A DNA stretch of 63,188 bases, counting the filler. It is 5 parts of 5 records of this genome, joined end to end, with 100 filler letters (N's around TTAATTAATTAA, not from the genome) between each part and the next. Parts side by side here need not be neighbours in the genome. Positions count along the whole stretch, not along the records: positions 37,673 to 55,491 come from DRR378314_1405; 4 more parts are not named here. One strand, given 5' to 3'. Both the position numbers and the translations under genes were made by a program. Below, in pieces: positions 44,262 to 53,637 of this stretch (position 1 is its first letter; every line of letters starts with the position of its first letter). Below the pieces are notes generated by a model. That model was not told the DNA's origin, did no database searches, and saw nothing but the letters and a program-made list of their open reading frames with translations.

Positions 44262-45284
44262 ATGAATGAAAATCTAAATCCCGATAATACCAATTATTCT
44301 AGCGAAGAAATGGATGTAGAAAAAAAACTACGCCCACTTACTTTTGATGATTTTACGGGTCAAGATCAAGCTATTGAAAACCTAAAAATATTTGTAGAAG
44401 CTGCAAATATGAGAGGCGAAGCTTTAGATCATACTTTGTTTCATGGTCCTCCAGGATTGGGTAAAACTACCTTAGCTCACATATTAGCGAATGAACTACA
44501 AGTAGGTATAAAAGTTACTTCTGGTCCAGTATTAGATAAGCCAGGTGATTTAGCTGGTTTATTAACAAATTTAGATGAAAGGGATGTGCTTTTTATTGAT
44601 GAAATTCATCGATTAAGTCCTATTGTAGAAGAATATTTGTATTCTGCTATGGAAGATTATAAAATTGACATTATGATTGAATCTGGACCGAATGCCAGAA
44701 CCGTTCAAATCAATTTAGAGCCTTTCACTTTAATTGGAGCAACCACAAGGTCTGGTTTACTTACTTCACCAATGAGAGCTAGATTTGGAATAAGTAGTAG
44801 ATTAAACTATTATAAAAAAGAATTATTAACCACAATCATTCAGCGAAGTGCACATATATTAAAAGTTCCTATTTCAATGGAAGCTGCAATTGAAATTGCT
44901 GGAAGAAGTAGAGGAACGCCAAGGATTGCCAATGCATTATTAAGAAGAGTTCGTGATTTTGCTCAAATTAAAGGAAATGGAAGCATCACAATAGAAATTG
45001 CTCAATATGCATTACAAGCTTTGCGTGTAGATGCACATGGATTAGATGAAATGGATACCAAAATTTTACTAACTTTAATAGATAAATTTAAAGGAGGACC
45101 AGTAGGTATTTCTACTTTAGCTACTGCTGTGGCAGAAAATGCCGAAACCATTGAAGAAGTTTATGAGCCATTTTTAATACAAGAAGGATTTATTATAAGA
45201 ACACCTAGAGGAAGAGAAGTAACAGATGCTGCTTATAAACATTTAGGAAAACAAAAAGGAAGAAATCAAGGAGAATTATTTTAA
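44262..45284 (+). CDS. ruvB: Holliday junction branch migration helicase RuvB
   Basis: [46 protein letters not shown]. Confidence 0.98.
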   Translation: MNENLNPDNTNYSSEEMDVEKKLRPLTFDDFTGQDQAIENLKIFVEAANMRGEALDHTLFHGPPGLGKTTLAHILANELQVGIKVTSGPVLDKPGDLAGLLTNLDERDVLFIDEIHRLSPIVEEYLYSAMEDYKIDIMIESGPNARTVQINLEPFTLIGATTRSGLLTSPMRARFGISSRLNYYKKELLTTIIQRSAHILKVPISMEAAIEIAGRSRGTPRIANALLRRVRDFAQIKGNGSITIEIAQYALQALRVDAHGLDEMDTKILLTLIDKFKGGPVGISTLATAVAENAETIEEVYEPFLIQEGFIIRTPRGREVTDAAYKHLGKQKGRNQGELF

Positions 45285-47011
45285 TGAATATTAAAAAAAT
45301 AATACCAATATTAGAATGGTTACCAAACTATACAACCTCTCGTTTTAAAGGAGATTTTATAGCTGGTATTACTGTAGGTATTATCTTAATTCCTCAAGGT
45401 ATTGCTTACGCTTTAATTGCAGGATTGCCTCCAATTTATGGATTGTATACAGCATTAGTTCCTCAAGTTATGTACGCTATTTTTGGATCATCTAGACAAG
45501 TTGCAATTGGGCCAGTAGCTATGGATTCTTTAATAGTAGCAGCCGGAGTGTCAACATTAGCATTAACAGGAACGGATAGTTATATTGAGATTGCAATATT
45601 ATTAGCTTTAATGGTTGGTGCAATTCAACTTTTAATGGGAGTTTTTAGACTAGGTTTTATTGTTAATTTTTTATCTAAACCAGTAATATCTGGATTTACA
45701 TCTGCAGCTGCATTAATAATTGGAGTAAATCAATTTAGAAACTTATTGGGAGTAGATTTTACGCGCAGTAATCAAATCCAATATGTTGCTATAGACATCT
45801 GGAAAAATATTACAGAATTAAATACTTCAACAACAATTATTGGAGTTTCAGCTGCAATAATAATCATAATCTTAAGAAAAATTAACAAGAAAATTCCTAA
45901 TGCATTAATAGTTGTAATATTAGGAATTGTAGCTGTAAAATATTTTGGATCATCATTTGAAAGTGTAGCTATTATTAAAGATGTACCATCAGGATTACCA
46001 TCTTTTGGGGTGCCAGAAATTGATATAGATCAACTTAAGGAGTTAATACCAATTGCTTTAACTTTGGTACTTGTTGGGTTTTTAGAAACGATTTCTATTG
46101 GAAAATCATTAGAATCTAAACAAGATGAATATAGAATAAGACCTAACCAAGAATTAGTAGCTTTAGGAGTAGGAAACATGGTAGGTTCATTATTTAAAGC
46201 ATATCCATCAACAAGTAGTTTTTCAAGATCAGCAATTAATCAAGAATCAGGTGCAACAACTGGAATGGCAGCGTTAATTTCTGTTGGAATGGTAATTTTA
46301 ACGTTACAGTTTTTAACTCCTGTTTTTTATTATTTACCAAAAGCTGTATTAGCTGCTATTATTATGGTTGCTGTATTTGGTTTGGTAAATATAAAAGAAG
46401 GAATTCATCTTTGGAAAACGAATAATTTAGATTTTTGGTTACTTTTTAGCACTTTTATATCTACTTTATTTCTTGGAATAGAATATGGAATTATAGCAGG
46501 AGTTGGTTTGTCAATTATCATATTGATATTTAGAACATCTAAACCATATATTGCTGTATTAGGTGCTGTTCCAGATTCAGATTTTTATAAAAATAGTGAT
46601 CGTTTTAATAATGTAGTAATAGAAAAAGATATTTTGGTTGTTAGGTTTGATGCACAATTATTTTTTGCCAATGCAAGTTATTTTAGAGATAATTTAGACG
46701 AATTGGCAGATAAAAAAGGAGAGGCATTAAAATTGATCGTCATAGATGCAGAAAGTATTAATAGAGTTGATAGTACAGGAGCAGATATGTTAATGGAACG
46801 AGTTAAATACTATAAAAGTAAAGGAGTGTCTTTTTATTTTGCAGGTGTTAAAGGACCTGTAAGAGACTCACTTTTTAGAGCAGGAATATTAAATATAATA
46901 GATATCAATCACTTTTTTATGAGCATTTTTACAGCGGTAAAATTTCATAAAACTGGAGATCGAGAACATCAAAAAAAGTATGCAGAATATATTCATCATA
47001 CTTATAAATAA
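45284..47011 (+). CDS. sulP: SulP/SLC26 anion transporter with STAS domain
   Basis: GDFIAGITV..IPQGIAYA..AGLPPIYGLY, NQEL, SFSRS; STAS motif LFFANA..DSTG. TAATG overlap with ruvB. Confidence 0.95.
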   Translation: MNIKKIIPILEWLPNYTTSRFKGDFIAGITVGIILIPQGIAYALIAGLPPIYGLYTALVPQVMYAIFGSSRQVAIGPVAMDSLIVAAGVSTLALTGTDSYIEIAILLALMVGAIQLLMGVFRLGFIVNFLSKPVISGFTSAAALIIGVNQFRNLLGVDFTRSNQIQYVAIDIWKNITELNTSTTIIGVSAAIIIIILRKINKKIPNALIVVILGIVAVKYFGSSFESVAIIKDVPSGLPSFGVPEIDIDQLKELIPIALTLVLVGFLETISIGKSLESKQDEYRIRPNQELVALGVGNMVGSLFKAYPSTSSFSRSAINQESGATTGMAALISVGMVILTLQFLTPVFYYLPKAVLAAIIMVAVFGLVNIKEGIHLWKTNNLDFWLLFSTFISTLFLGIEYGIIAGVGLSIIILIFRTSKPYIAVLGAVPDSDFYKNSDRFNNVVIEKDILVVRFDAQLFFANASYFRDNLDELADKKGEALKLIVIDAESINRVDSTGADMLMERVKYYKSKGVSFYFAGVKGPVRDSLFRAGILNIIDINHFFMSIFTAVKFHKTGDREHQKKYAEYIHHTYK

Positions 47012-47022
47012 AATAATAGAAT

Positions 47023-48435
47023 ATGAAAGTTGAACAAATTTACACAGGATGTTTAGCACAAGGAGCTTATTACATTGAAAGTAATGGCGAAGTAGCAATT
47101 ATTGATCCCTTAAGAGAGGTGTCTCCTTATTTAGAAAGAGCAGATAAAGACAATGCTACTATTAAATACATTTTTGAAACTCATTTTCATGCAGATTTTG
47201 TAAGTGGACATGTAACTTTGGCTGAAAAGTCTGGAGCTAGCATAGTATTTGGACCAAATGCAGAAATGAATTACGATGCTCATGTAGCAAAAGATAATGA
47301 AGAATTTAAAATAGGTGATGTAACAATAATTGCATTGCACACTCCTGGTCATACAATGGAAAGTACTTCTTATTTATTAAGAGATAACCAGGGAAAAGAT
47401 TATGCATTGTTTAGTGGAGATACTTTGTTTTTAGGAGACGTAGGAAGACCCGATTTAGCTCAGAAAGTTGGGGTGTTAACTGAAGAAGATTTAGCCGGAT
47501 TTTTATTTGATAGTTTAAGAAATAAAATAATGACACTAGCTGATGATGTTATTGTATACCCAGGTCATGGAGCTGGATCTGCATGCGGAAAAAACTTAAG
47601 TAAAGATACTATTGGAACAATTGGAGATCAAAAGAAAACAAATTATGCTTTAAGAGCAGATATGACTAAAAGTGAGTTTATTAAAGAAGTTACAGATGGT
47701 TTATTACCGCCTCCAGCTTATTTTCCTGCAAATGTTAAACTAAACAAAGAAGGGTATAAAGCCATAGATGAAGTAATAAAAACAGGAACTAAAGCTTTAT
47801 CTGTTGAAGATTTTGAAAAAGTGGCCAATGAGACAGATGCATTAATTTTAGATGTTCGTCATCAATCAGAATTTATACATGGATTTATTCCTCGTTCAAT
47901 TTTTATAGGAATTGATGGAGGATTTGCCCCTTGGGTTGGTGCATTAATTAAAGATATTGATCAACCAATTTTATTAGTTGCTCCAGAGGGTAGAGAAGAA
48001 GAAGTAATTATTAGACTTTCAAGAGTTGGATTTGATAATACTTTAGGGTATTTAAAGGGTAGTTTTGATGCTTGGAAAGCATCTGGTAAGGATATTGACA
48101 CTTTGCGTTCAGTTTCTGCTGATACTCTTGAAAAAGAAATCAAAGAAAATGCTGTGCCAGTATTTGATATTAGAAAACCTGGTGAATATGATAATGAACA
48201 TATTGTAGATGTGCCAAGTACACCGTTAGATTTTTTAAATGATCATATAAATGAATTTCCAAACGACAAAGATTTTTACGTGCATTGTGCAGGTGGATAT
48301 CGTTCTGTTATTGCATCGTCTATCTTAAAAGCAAGAGGGATTCATAATGTTATTGATGTTGCAGGTGGGTATGGAGCAATTAAAGAGACTAGTATTTTGA
48401 GAACAGAAAAAGTGTGTCCGTCTACTTTAAAATAA
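47023..48435 (+). CDS. CstB/Blh-like persulfide dioxygenase: MBL fold plus two rhodanese domains
   Basis: ETHFHADFVSGH, HTPGHT, FSGDTLF, YPGHGAGSACGK; C-terminal active loop HCAGGYRS. Confidence 0.88.
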   Translation: MKVEQIYTGCLAQGAYYIESNGEVAIIDPLREVSPYLERADKDNATIKYIFETHFHADFVSGHVTLAEKSGASIVFGPNAEMNYDAHVAKDNEEFKIGDVTIIALHTPGHTMESTSYLLRDNQGKDYALFSGDTLFLGDVGRPDLAQKVGVLTEEDLAGFLFDSLRNKIMTLADDVIVYPGHGAGSACGKNLSKDTIGTIGDQKKTNYALRADMTKSEFIKEVTDGLLPPPAYFPANVKLNKEGYKAIDEVIKTGTKALSVEDFEKVANETDALILDVRHQSEFIHGFIPRSIFIGIDGGFAPWVGALIKDIDQPILLVAPEGREEEVIIRLSRVGFDNTLGYLKGSFDAWKASGKDIDTLRSVSADTLEKEIKENAVPVFDIRKPGEYDNEHIVDVPSTPLDFLNDHINEFPNDKDFYVHCAGGYRSVIASSILKARGIHNVIDVAGGYGAIKETSILRTEKVCPSTLK

Positions 48436-48443
48436 ACATAAAA

Positions 48444-48836
48444 ATGAAAAAAATTATTCTAATAGGTTTGTTAATAAGTTTTGTTTCATGTAATAGTCAA
48501 GATAAAAAAACGACTATTATTTTGGATATTGAGGTAGCAGAGTTTCAACAATTGATTTCTAAAAAGAATGTACAATTAATTGATGTTAGGACACCTGTAG
48601 AATTTAAAAAAGGACATCTTAAAAATGCAAAATTGATAAATTTTTTTGATAAGGATTTTAAATCAGAAATTTTAAAAAAGATTGATAAGAATAAGCCTGT
48701 TTATGTTTATTGTAAATCTGGTGGTAGAAGTGCTAAAGCAGCTAAGATTTATAAGGCAGCTGGTTTTAAAAAAGTGTTTAACTTGCTAGGAGGATTTAAT
48801 GCATGGTCTGCTAGTGGACTAGAAATAGAAAAATAA
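48444..48836 (+). CDS. Rhodanese-domain lipoprotein
   Basis: Probable start ATG 48444 (MKKIILIGLLISFVSC, lipobox). LIDVRTPVEFKKGHL and active loop YCKSGGRS. Confidence 0.88.
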   Translation: MKKIILIGLLISFVSCNSQDKKTTIILDIEVAEFQQLISKKNVQLIDVRTPVEFKKGHLKNAKLINFFDKDFKSEILKKIDKNKPVYVYCKSGGRSAKAAKIYKAAGFKKVFNLLGGFNAWSASGLEIEK

Positions 48837-49102
48837 TGGAAACAAACATATATATAGAGAACTTAAAATGTGGCGGTTGTGCTGCCACTATAAAAAAAGG
48901 AGTTTTATCCATAGAAAATGTAACTGATGTAAAAGTTAATGTAGAGGATTCATTGGTTGCTATTACTTCATCTACTGATGTAACTGAAACAATTAAAGAT
49001 AAACTCTCTAAAATGGGTTATCCTGAAGTTGGAGATAAAAATACCATGATTCATAAAGCAAAATCTTATGTGAGTTGTGCAACTGGAAAAATGAGTTCTT
49101 AA
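48836..49102 (+). CDS. Heavy-metal-associated (HMA/CopZ-like) domain protein
   Basis: NLKCGGC metal-binding motif, MGYP, extra C-terminal Cys (YVSCATG). TAATG overlap with the upstream gene. Confidence 0.88.
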   Translation: METNIYIENLKCGGCAATIKKGVLSIENVTDVKVNVEDSLVAITSSTDVTETIKDKLSKMGYPEVGDKNTMIHKAKSYVSCATGKMSS

Positions 49103-49121
49103 AACGCAAAATAATATTATA

Positions 49122-49151
49122 AAAAAGCCGATGCAATTGCATCGGCTTTTT
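49122..49151. terminator. Bidirectional rho-independent terminator
   Basis: Perfect palindrome AAAAAGCCGATGCAATTGCATCGGCTTTTT between convergent genes. Confidence 0.92.
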
Positions 49152-49173
49152 CTTTTTCATATAACTCTCCCAT

Positions 49174-51519
49174 TTAAAACTTTAATGTAACTCCAACTAA
49201 AAAGTTACGAGTTGCTTGAGGATAATATCCAGCACCATCTAAAGTTGTTGTTTGTGTTGGTGAAGACCAGGTGTCATCATAAGTATAATAATAACCTCTG
49301 TCAACAAACTCTTTATCAAAAATATTATTTATCAAACCAGTAAAAACGATTTCACTAAAAATGTTTTTAGGTTTAACTACGTAAGTAAAGTTTAAGTCAG
49401 ATGTAAAATAACTGTCTAAAACATCATTTGAAGAAACAACACTATTTAAATTACTCATTAATTGTTTCCCAACATATTTAGACAAGAAAGAAAATTGTAA
49501 ATTTTCTGAAGCATTAAAAACCAATGCATTTCCTGCAATTACTGACGGAGAAAATGAAATATCTGTTTTACCTAAATCAGTAAGGTTTCCATTTATTGAA
49601 GAGATGAAATCAGTGTTTCTATTTTCACTTAAAGCTACGTTTGGCCTCAAATCAAATTTCTTTGATAATTTAATATTAGCATCAATTTCTAATCCTAATC
49701 GGTAACTCTTTCCACTTGTAGCTCTAATTGGTGCACCAACATTATCAATTGCTCCAGTTAAAACCAATTGGTTTGTATATTTCATATAATATACATTGGT
49801 GTTTAAAGTCAATCTTTCATTTTTTAAACGCCAACCTAATTCATAATCATGTAAATTTTCGTGAGTGCTTATGCCACCTTCAAAATCGTTTCTGTTTGGT
49901 TCTTTATTTGCTACTGCAAAAGAGAAATATGCATGTTGATTTTGGTTGATTTTATATGTCGCTCCAAATTTTGGATTGAAGAAATTATAAGTTTCATTTA
50001 CATTGATTGGATCTCTATCTGATGTTAACCCTTTAGTTTGGTAATTTACATTTCTAAATTGTAAATCTGCATAAGCAATCCAGTTTTCACTTAAATTAAA
50101 AGTAGCTTTAGAAAACATACTAAAGTCTTTTTTCTTTGAGTTACTTTCGTAATAACGATCTCTAATTTTTGTAGTTGGAGCTAAATCTTCTCCCCAAATT
50201 ACTTCTCCAAAATGATCATTCTTATAATCACTATAAGAAAAACCTGAAATAATTTCTACATCATCTTTTTTGTAAGTAGCATTAAAGTTAGCTACATAAA
50301 ACTTATTGTCTAACCAACGTCTAACTATTACATCAGTACCATCAACTATTAAATTGTTATAGTCTGCTGCATCTCTATTGTCTTTATACTGTTCAAAATA
50401 TCCTTGACCTTTGGTGTAGTTTAGCCCAATATTAGTAGACCAATTTTCATTGATTTTTTCATTCCAATGAAGTTGATAATGGTTTTGATCATAGTTATCG
50501 ACTTCATTTTCATAGGTATACGGATTCTGTCTTCTGTCTGCTTCTAACTGAGCTGCATCTATTCCAGCCCACGCTTGATATGTTCTTTCTTTTCCTCCAA
50601 AAGTCAATACTTTAATCAATGTATTATCATCTACATAAGCACCTTGTAAGAAATACGATTTTAAATCTGTAGATGCTCTATCGATATATCCATCAGAATA
50701 TATTTTAGACAATCTACCAGAAATTTCGATATGATCATTTATTTTTCCTGTACTAAACTTTACAGTGTGTTTTTTAGTATTAAAAGAACCAAAAGAATTT
50801 GAAACCTCTGCAAAAGATTTTTCAGAAACCGCATCAGTTAAAATATTTAAACTTGCACCAAAAGCAGCTGTTCCATTTGTAGAAGTTCCAACACCACGTT
50901 GTAATTGTAAACTTTGAGTGGATGAAGCAAAGTCTCCCATATTTACCCAAAAAGTACCTTGACTTTCTGCATCGTTATATGGAATTCCGTTTATAGTAAC
51001 ATTTACTCTTTCTGCATTAGAACCACGAACATTAATGTAGGTATATCCAATTCCTGCACCAGCATCAGAAGAACTTACGACAGAAGGTAAATAGTTTAAT
51101 AACATCGGAATGTCTTGACCTAAGTTACGTTTTGCAATTTCTTTTTTATCAAGATTAGAGTGTGTTACTGGTGAATTCGCTTTTACTCTAACTGCAGAAA
51201 CAAGAACTTCATCTAAAACATTATTGTCTGTTTGTAAAGAGAAATTTAATACTTCATTTTGATTTGCAATTGTGATAGATTTAGAAATTGTTTTGTAACC
51301 AATAAAACGAACTTGAACATTATAAGAACCATTAGAAACATTTAATTGATAGTTTCCATTAAAATCTGTAGAAGTTCCTTTCTTTAATTTTGTTATCAAT
51401 ACAGAAGCACTGGCTAACGGTTGATTATTTTCATCAGAAACTTTTCCGGTAATTGAAAATGTTTGGGAGTTTGCGTGCATGCACACAAACAAGAATAAGA
51501 AAAAAGTGATTTTTTTCAT
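49174..51519 (-). CDS. TonB-dependent receptor, probable thiamine-family outer-membrane transporter
   Basis: Signal peptide, CarboxypepD_reg-like N-domain, LDEVLV TonB box, plug (SDAGAGIGYT, VTINGIPYND, QRGVGTSTNG), C-terminal Phe. Downstream of a TPP-like riboswitch. Confidence 0.9.
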   Translation of the reverse strand: MKKITFFLFLFVCMHANSQTFSITGKVSDENNQPLASASVLITKLKKGTSTDFNGNYQLNVSNGSYNVQVRFIGYKTISKSITIANQNEVLNFSLQTDNNVLDEVLVSAVRVKANSPVTHSNLDKKEIAKRNLGQDIPMLLNYLPSVVSSSDAGAGIGYTYINVRGSNAERVNVTINGIPYNDAESQGTFWVNMGDFASSTQSLQLQRGVGTSTNGTAAFGASLNILTDAVSEKSFAEVSNSFGSFNTKKHTVKFSTGKINDHIEISGRLSKIYSDGYIDRASTDLKSYFLQGAYVDDNTLIKVLTFGGKERTYQAWAGIDAAQLEADRRQNPYTYENEVDNYDQNHYQLHWNEKINENWSTNIGLNYTKGQGYFEQYKDNRDAADYNNLIVDGTDVIVRRWLDNKFYVANFNATYKKDDVEIISGFSYSDYKNDHFGEVIWGEDLAPTTKIRDRYYESNSKKKDFSMFSKATFNLSENWIAYADLQFRNVNYQTKGLTSDRDPINVNETYNFFNPKFGATYKINQNQHAYFSFAVANKEPNRNDFEGGISTHENLHDYELGWRLKNERLTLNTNVYYMKYTNQLVLTGAIDNVGAPIRATSGKSYRLGLEIDANIKLSKKFDLRPNVALSENRNTDFISSINGNLTDLGKTDISFSPSVIAGNALVFNASENLQFSFLSKYVGKQLMSNLNSVVSSNDVLDSYFTSDLNFTYVVKPKNIFSEIVFTGLINNIFDKEFVDRGYYYTYDDTWSSPTQTTTLDGAGYYPQATRNFLVGVTLKF

Positions 51520-51644
51520 TTTAAAAATTTTAAAACGAATAAAAAGAGGTAATTATTCTTGTGTTAATATTGAATAATTAATTGTTGTCATTATTTCTGA
51601 TTATTAATCATAAAAATGACTTGTTATACAAATGGCGATTATCG

Positions 51645-51712
51645 CCTCCCTTGGCAGCATTATCTGCCCAGGTTCTTTGGGTATGATCTCAGCCTTTCGG
51701 CACCCCTTTATG
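51645..51712 (-). ncRNA. TPP riboswitch-like aptamer (variant P4/P5 junction)
   Basis: Minus strand reads AAAGGGGTGCCGAAAGGCTGAGATCATACCCAAAGAACCTGGGCAGATAATGCTGCCAAGGGAG. Conserved GGGGUG, CUGAGA, UACCC, ACCUG, AUAAUG and AGGGA elements are present. Confidence 0.9.
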
Positions 51713-51721
51713 AGAACGTTG

Positions 51722-51729
51722 CAAAAGTA
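51722..51729 (-). promoter_or_regulatory. Bacteroidota -7 promoter element for the riboswitch-TonB receptor transcript
   Basis: Minus strand TACTTTTG(CA) matches TAnnTTTG, just upstream of the aptamer. Confidence 0.7.
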
Positions 51730-51766
51730 ATTCAGATTTTTGAATTGGAAAACAAGAATCGTGTTT

Positions 51767-52171
51767 TTATTCAATATTAGGTTTTTTTCTCATTTTCTTT
51801 TTTTGAGAAATCTTTTTTTTGTTTTCTGCTTTTTTTAAGATAGATGATTTGCTAGGTTTTGTAGCTTTTCTAATTTTTTGACGTTTTAAAGCATCAGAAA
51901 TTAATTGAAGAAATCGTTTAATAGCAATTTCCTTGTTTCTATGTTGACTTCTGCTTTCATCACAGAATAAGGTTAGTATATTTTCTTTATTAATCTTATT
52001 ACTAAGTTTCTCTTGAATTCTTTCTTTTTGAATTTCTGATAATGAAATTGCCTCTTTTACATTAAAAGTCAATTCTATTTTTGAAGAAACCTTATTTACA
52101 TGTTGGCCACCAGCTCCAGAACTTCTTATAGCTTTAAATTGTAATTCTTTAATCAGGTTTTTTGTGTTCAA
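51767..52171 (-). CDS. arfB: Alternative ribosome rescue peptidyl-tRNA hydrolase ArfB
   Basis: RSSGAGGQHVNKVSSK, SRSQHRNK; basic C-terminal tail RKATKPSKS. Confidence 0.95.
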   Translation of the reverse strand: MNTKNLIKELQFKAIRSSGAGGQHVNKVSSKIELTFNVKEAISLSEIQKERIQEKLSNKINKENILTLFCDESRSQHRNKEIAIKRFLQLISDALKRQKIRKATKPSKSSILKKAENKKKISQKKKMRKKPNIE

Positions 52172-52173
52172 AC

Positions 52174-52776
52174 TTATTCATTTAAAGATTCTGAAAACGA
52201 GCTAAGGTTTTTTCTACTTTTTATAATTTCATCAATTGCTTTAATAGCAGTTTTTAATCTTGTTTCCTTATCACCTTGTAATAAAATATATGGGCGATGG
52301 TATTTTTTTAACGCTTTTTCAAAAGCCTTAAACATTTCTATTCTTAGTTCTGGCCTATCACGTAAATCATCTTCTTCCCACGGTGTGTCTATATAAGTTA
52401 AAAAGTATAAATCATACCTGTTTTCAATTGCAGCTTCATCTAAAAGAGGATCTACAAAACCTCCATAATATTCTTCTGAATATACTTTCGTTTCTAACAA
52501 ATCTGTATCACAAATCAATACTTTGTCAGCTTTTTTAGCTAGTCTATTTTCAATTTCCATTTGCCCAACAGCAATCGGAATTAAATCATCAGCTTCGCAA
52601 GTTTTTCGCTCGTTATTCCATTTTTTTTGCAAATATTCTCTTGCAAATTCTGGTGCCCAAACAGTATTGTAATGACGAGCTAATTGTTTAGATAATGTAG
52701 TTTTTCCAGTAGACTCTGGCCCAAATAATACAACTTTTATAATGTTTGCTGGTTGCTGTCTAAGCTCTTTTTCCAT
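52174..52776 (-). CDS. NadR-type P-loop kinase domain protein (AAA_28)
   Basis: GPESTGKTTL, PEFAREY, ICDTD, YDLYFL, PWEEDDLRD. No NMNAT or HTH domain. Confidence 0.88.
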   Translation of the reverse strand: MEKELRQQPANIIKVVLFGPESTGKTTLSKQLARHYNTVWAPEFAREYLQKKWNNERKTCEADDLIPIAVGQMEIENRLAKKADKVLICDTDLLETKVYSEEYYGGFVDPLLDEAAIENRYDLYFLTYIDTPWEEDDLRDRPELRIEMFKAFEKALKKYHRPYILLQGDKETRLKTAIKAIDEIIKSRKNLSSFSESLNE

Positions 52777-53366
52777 GCGTTATATCCTTGATAAGCTAAA
52801 ATTAAAAATATGGTAAACTGAATTCCTGAAAACCCTAATCCTTTTATAAAATACAAAGGTACAGAAATGATATTTCCTGCAATCCATAAAGACCAATGTG
52901 CTAGTTTTTTATTAGCCATTAACCACATTGCCGCAAAGAAAATTCCAGTTGTAAATGTGTCAAAATAATCAGTAATTCTATCAAAACGATTAAAATATAA
53001 ATACACACAAACCACAAAGATGGCAGTAAATAAAAATATTCCTAAGGCTTTTAATTTGTCTTTTTGAGTAGTTCTAGTAATTTCTATATGATGGTTTTCA
53101 ACCAATCGTGTCCACATATACCACCCGAAAATACTCATTAATGTATAATAAATATTAATGATTAAATCTCCGTATAAAGTGAATTGATAACAGATGTAAA
53201 CATAAATTACGGTGCTAATTATTCCTGTTGGATATACTAAAATACTTTCCTTTTTTGCATAAATAACTGAAGCAATGCCAAAAACAACAGCACAGATTTC
53301 CAAGACTATATTTAAGGTTGTTGCTGTTCTGTAAGGTTCGAGAAAAAAATCAAAAATTTGGTTCAT
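52737..53366 (-). CDS. pnuC: PnuC family vitamin transporter
   Basis: Multi-TM; YYTLMSIFGWYMW, FDTFTT, WLMANK..HW.LW. Probable ATG at 53366. Confidence 0.9.
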   Translation of the reverse strand: MNQIFDFFLEPYRTATTLNIVLEICAVVFGIASVIYAKKESILVYPTGIISTVIYVYICYQFTLYGDLIINIYYTLMSIFGWYMWTRLVENHHIEITRTTQKDKLKALGIFLFTAIFVVCVYLYFNRFDRITDYFDTFTTGIFFAAMWLMANKKLAHWSLWIAGNIISVPLYFIKGLGFSGIQFTIFLILAYQGYNAWKKSLDSNQQTL

Positions 53367-53610
53367 AATTACTTCTGTCTGATTTAACAATTTTTAGATT
53401 CATTACACAGTTGTCTTGATTTTCAAATGAAGTTTTAATCTCTTTAGTCAAGAAAGGCATTAAAGTATCAAAATCACCATATATCTGAGTACTCAATGGG
53501 TTTTCTATTACGGTGAATTTAGAAGCTCTCAAGTTTTTTATAAATGCAATGATATGGTCCTCAAAATCATTTTGAAGAGGTAATAAAGTAAGTTCTATTG
53601 ATATTTTCAT
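53350..53610 (-). CDS. Thiamine-binding protein family (YkoF/DUF77-like)
   Basis: 86 aa; ISIELTLLPL...FIKNLRAS...NPLSTQIYGDFD fits the ferredoxin-like Thiamine_BP pattern. Confidence 0.72.
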   Translation of the reverse strand: MKISIELTLLPLQNDFEDHIIAFIKNLRASKFTVIENPLSTQIYGDFDTLMPFLTKEIKTSFENQDNCVMNLKIVKSDRSNYEPNF

Positions 53611-53637
53611 CAGCTAATAATTGAGTTGTAAAAGTAC

